DNA of 64,000 bases from Tubulanus polymorphus (lineage: Eukaryota; Animalia; Nemertea). Each line of letters starts with the position of its first letter. Positions within the stretch are counted from its first letter, which is position 1. Of this stretch, positions 62,109-64,000 are shown in pieces. Where the stretch lies: assembly GCF_964204645.1 (NCBI RefSeq), contig NC_134028.1:434001-498000 (forward strand). Direction: 5' to 3'. The translations under genes were made by a program, and so were the position numbers. Under the pieces are notes generated by a model. That model had not been told where the DNA came from, did no database searches, and saw only the letters and a program-made list of their open reading frames with translations.

Positions 62109-64000
62109 GGTTCGAACGCGGGACACCCCGTACCCATTATGACGCGATTAGAAACGTGTTCGATGGTCGTCCTCATTCAGAAGATGAATTTAATTGTGAA
62201 ACATGGTCATATCCAGGAATAGTTAAACCCGGCCATCAATGTCTCGACTAAAACCGCGTGTCTATAACGATATTTGTACTGTTAATCGTCGTATTCATCA
62301 TCTTCTTTACGATAACCTACAACGATACGATTTCAAAATGTGTTCTACCCGTACTCGAAGTAGGCCTAACTACCAATTTCACGTTGTTTGGAGCCATTTT
62401 AGGACAGTGTAACTTCAACCTAGAGCGATTTCACCCACCCCGAGTGCTACTTGATAAAAGTTCCTGTGTATCAAGTTTAATCGTAATCGGTCCATTGGGT
62501 CAAGAGATATAGACATTTATCCAAAGCGACACCTATGGAAAAGAGTGGAAATTGTTGCATACCAACCTTAAAGTAGATATTGTGGTTTTTATATATATTG
62601 AATAATGTCACCAACTCTTTCATTCATTCAGAAATAAAATACTGTATTGAGCGAAGTATCTTTTAAATAAAGTGGCTTCTAAGGATGAAGCAAATATTTG
62701 TGTTCAAAATATATAAGTTAGTATAGAATCTATTGACCAAAAAATAACCTGAGTCAAACAGATGATCATCGTACTACAAATACCTCGCTGGGCCAAAAAT
62801 TAGCCCCAACCTGAGGCACTAACCCTAACCCTAGATCGACCGTAACCCTAACCCTAGCAGGACTCGAACCTGCGAACTCCAGCATGCCAGCAGAGCACGC
62901 GAACCACTAGACCACAGAGTTCTGATGGCTGACCAAGTTTGTGAATGCGTGTGGTCAGTGTGGTACAAGGCCAACACTAGGGTTACTGCGTTTATTAAAC
63001 AGGCCAACACTAGGGTTTCTGCGTTTATTAAACAGGCCAACACTAGGGTTTCTGCGTTTATTAAACAGGCCAACACTAGGGTTCCTGCGTTTATTAAACA
63101 GGCCAACACTAGGGATTCTGCGTTTTTTAAACAGGCCAACACTAGGGTTTCTGCGTTTATTCACCCAGGCCAACACTAGCATTTCTGCGTTTATCCGATT
63201 TTTGGTCTAATCCGGATAATATTTACAGTCAATTTAATCATTAATATACACGAAAATGACTTTTAATCCGGATTTGCCGTAAAACGGATGAATTTTGTTG
63301 GTCCCAATGATCGGAATTAGGGAGATTCTATCATACCATTTACTCTCCTTATATAAAGCTCTAATGTTGGTAGAGTTATTAATTTCTAACAAACTAGTGT
63401 TGAGTGATGAATGAAATTTGACTTAAGAAAAATCTGTATTCCTCACATGCCGCAGTAAAATAGCAACACTGCATCAAATTACAACCGTTCAGTGCTGCCC
63501 CTATAAATAACGATAACGGAATTTCTGTGAACTAAAGTGGTAATTCCCGAAACCTCGAAACGAATGATTAGATTGGTAAAGAGCGTGGTTTTCATTAGAA
63601 TAAATTCTTTGAATATTGCGTAGAATATAAAACCTAATCTAATCGAAAAGAAGCCGAGACCTGCAATAGACTGGTTGCCATTTCTACCTGCGAATACAGG
63701 TGGCGGTGACCAGTCTAGCGGCGGGAATCCCAATCTGAGGTACACTATGACGCAATATCAAAATGGCGTGCTTTACCATAACACGAAATTTAGCAAAAAC
63801 CTCACCTAAACATTGCCACCCTCCTTCCCGACCCCTGAAATCAGTATTTCAATATTTGGTAAGTGTTTGTAACATTGGTTTAAATGGCGAAAAATATTCC
63901 ATCTCAGATATTGTGGGAAATCAAATTATTTCAGAGGTACATCCTACAAACGGTGCACTTGTGGACTGGTGGCGCTCAGTCGAGCATATCGACGTCATTC
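62109..64000 (+). repeat. Unit A copy 5 (truncated by window end)
   Basis: Matches unit positions 1 to ~1913. Confidence 0.95.
63750..64000 (+). ncRNA. Putative lncRNA gene, copy 5 (exons 1-2 only, truncated)
   Basis: caaaatggcg at 63759, donor ttg|gtaagt at 63859, acceptor ttatttcag at ~63934. Confidence 0.45.

Noticed and set aside
63763-64000. Spliced ORF MACFTITRNLAK...FQYL|RYILQTVHLW... in copy 5
   Set aside because: Open only in copy 5. Copies 1, 2 and 4 stop after MACFTELP, and copy 3 has an early TAA.

Overview
AT-rich eukaryotic DNA with spliceosomal GT-AG signals, probably from an invertebrate animal. I found no convincing protein-coding gene; the ORF track is mostly repeat-derived. 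The window is a tandem array of a ~11-kb unit (A): 1-10930, 10931-~28150, ~28150-39102, 39103-62108 and a partial copy at 62109-64000. Units 2 and 4 are interrupted by a ~5.2-kb block B, and unit 4 also by blocks B0 and C, giving a higher-order repeat. Each unit appears to carry a ~8-kb, multi-exon, polyadenylated + strand gene with no conserved ORF. It has an E2F/CCAAT/CRE/YY1-type promoter, about 8 exons with splice sites conserved across copies, and AATAAA followed by a GU-rich tract. The most striking structure is its ~4.2-kb central intron. It is closed by ~197-bp inverted repeats whose two arms share variants within and across copies. A long G-rich tract lies just inside each arm, both on the same strand. 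Nested complementary segments fill the interior and would fold it into a giant branched hairpin. The unit also carries arrays of small stem-loops, VNTRs (18, 33, 40, ~43-58 and ~75 bp), tRNA-derived SINE-like sequences, many MITEs and short LINE remnants. All calls are from reading the sequence by eye; no expression or database evidence is available.
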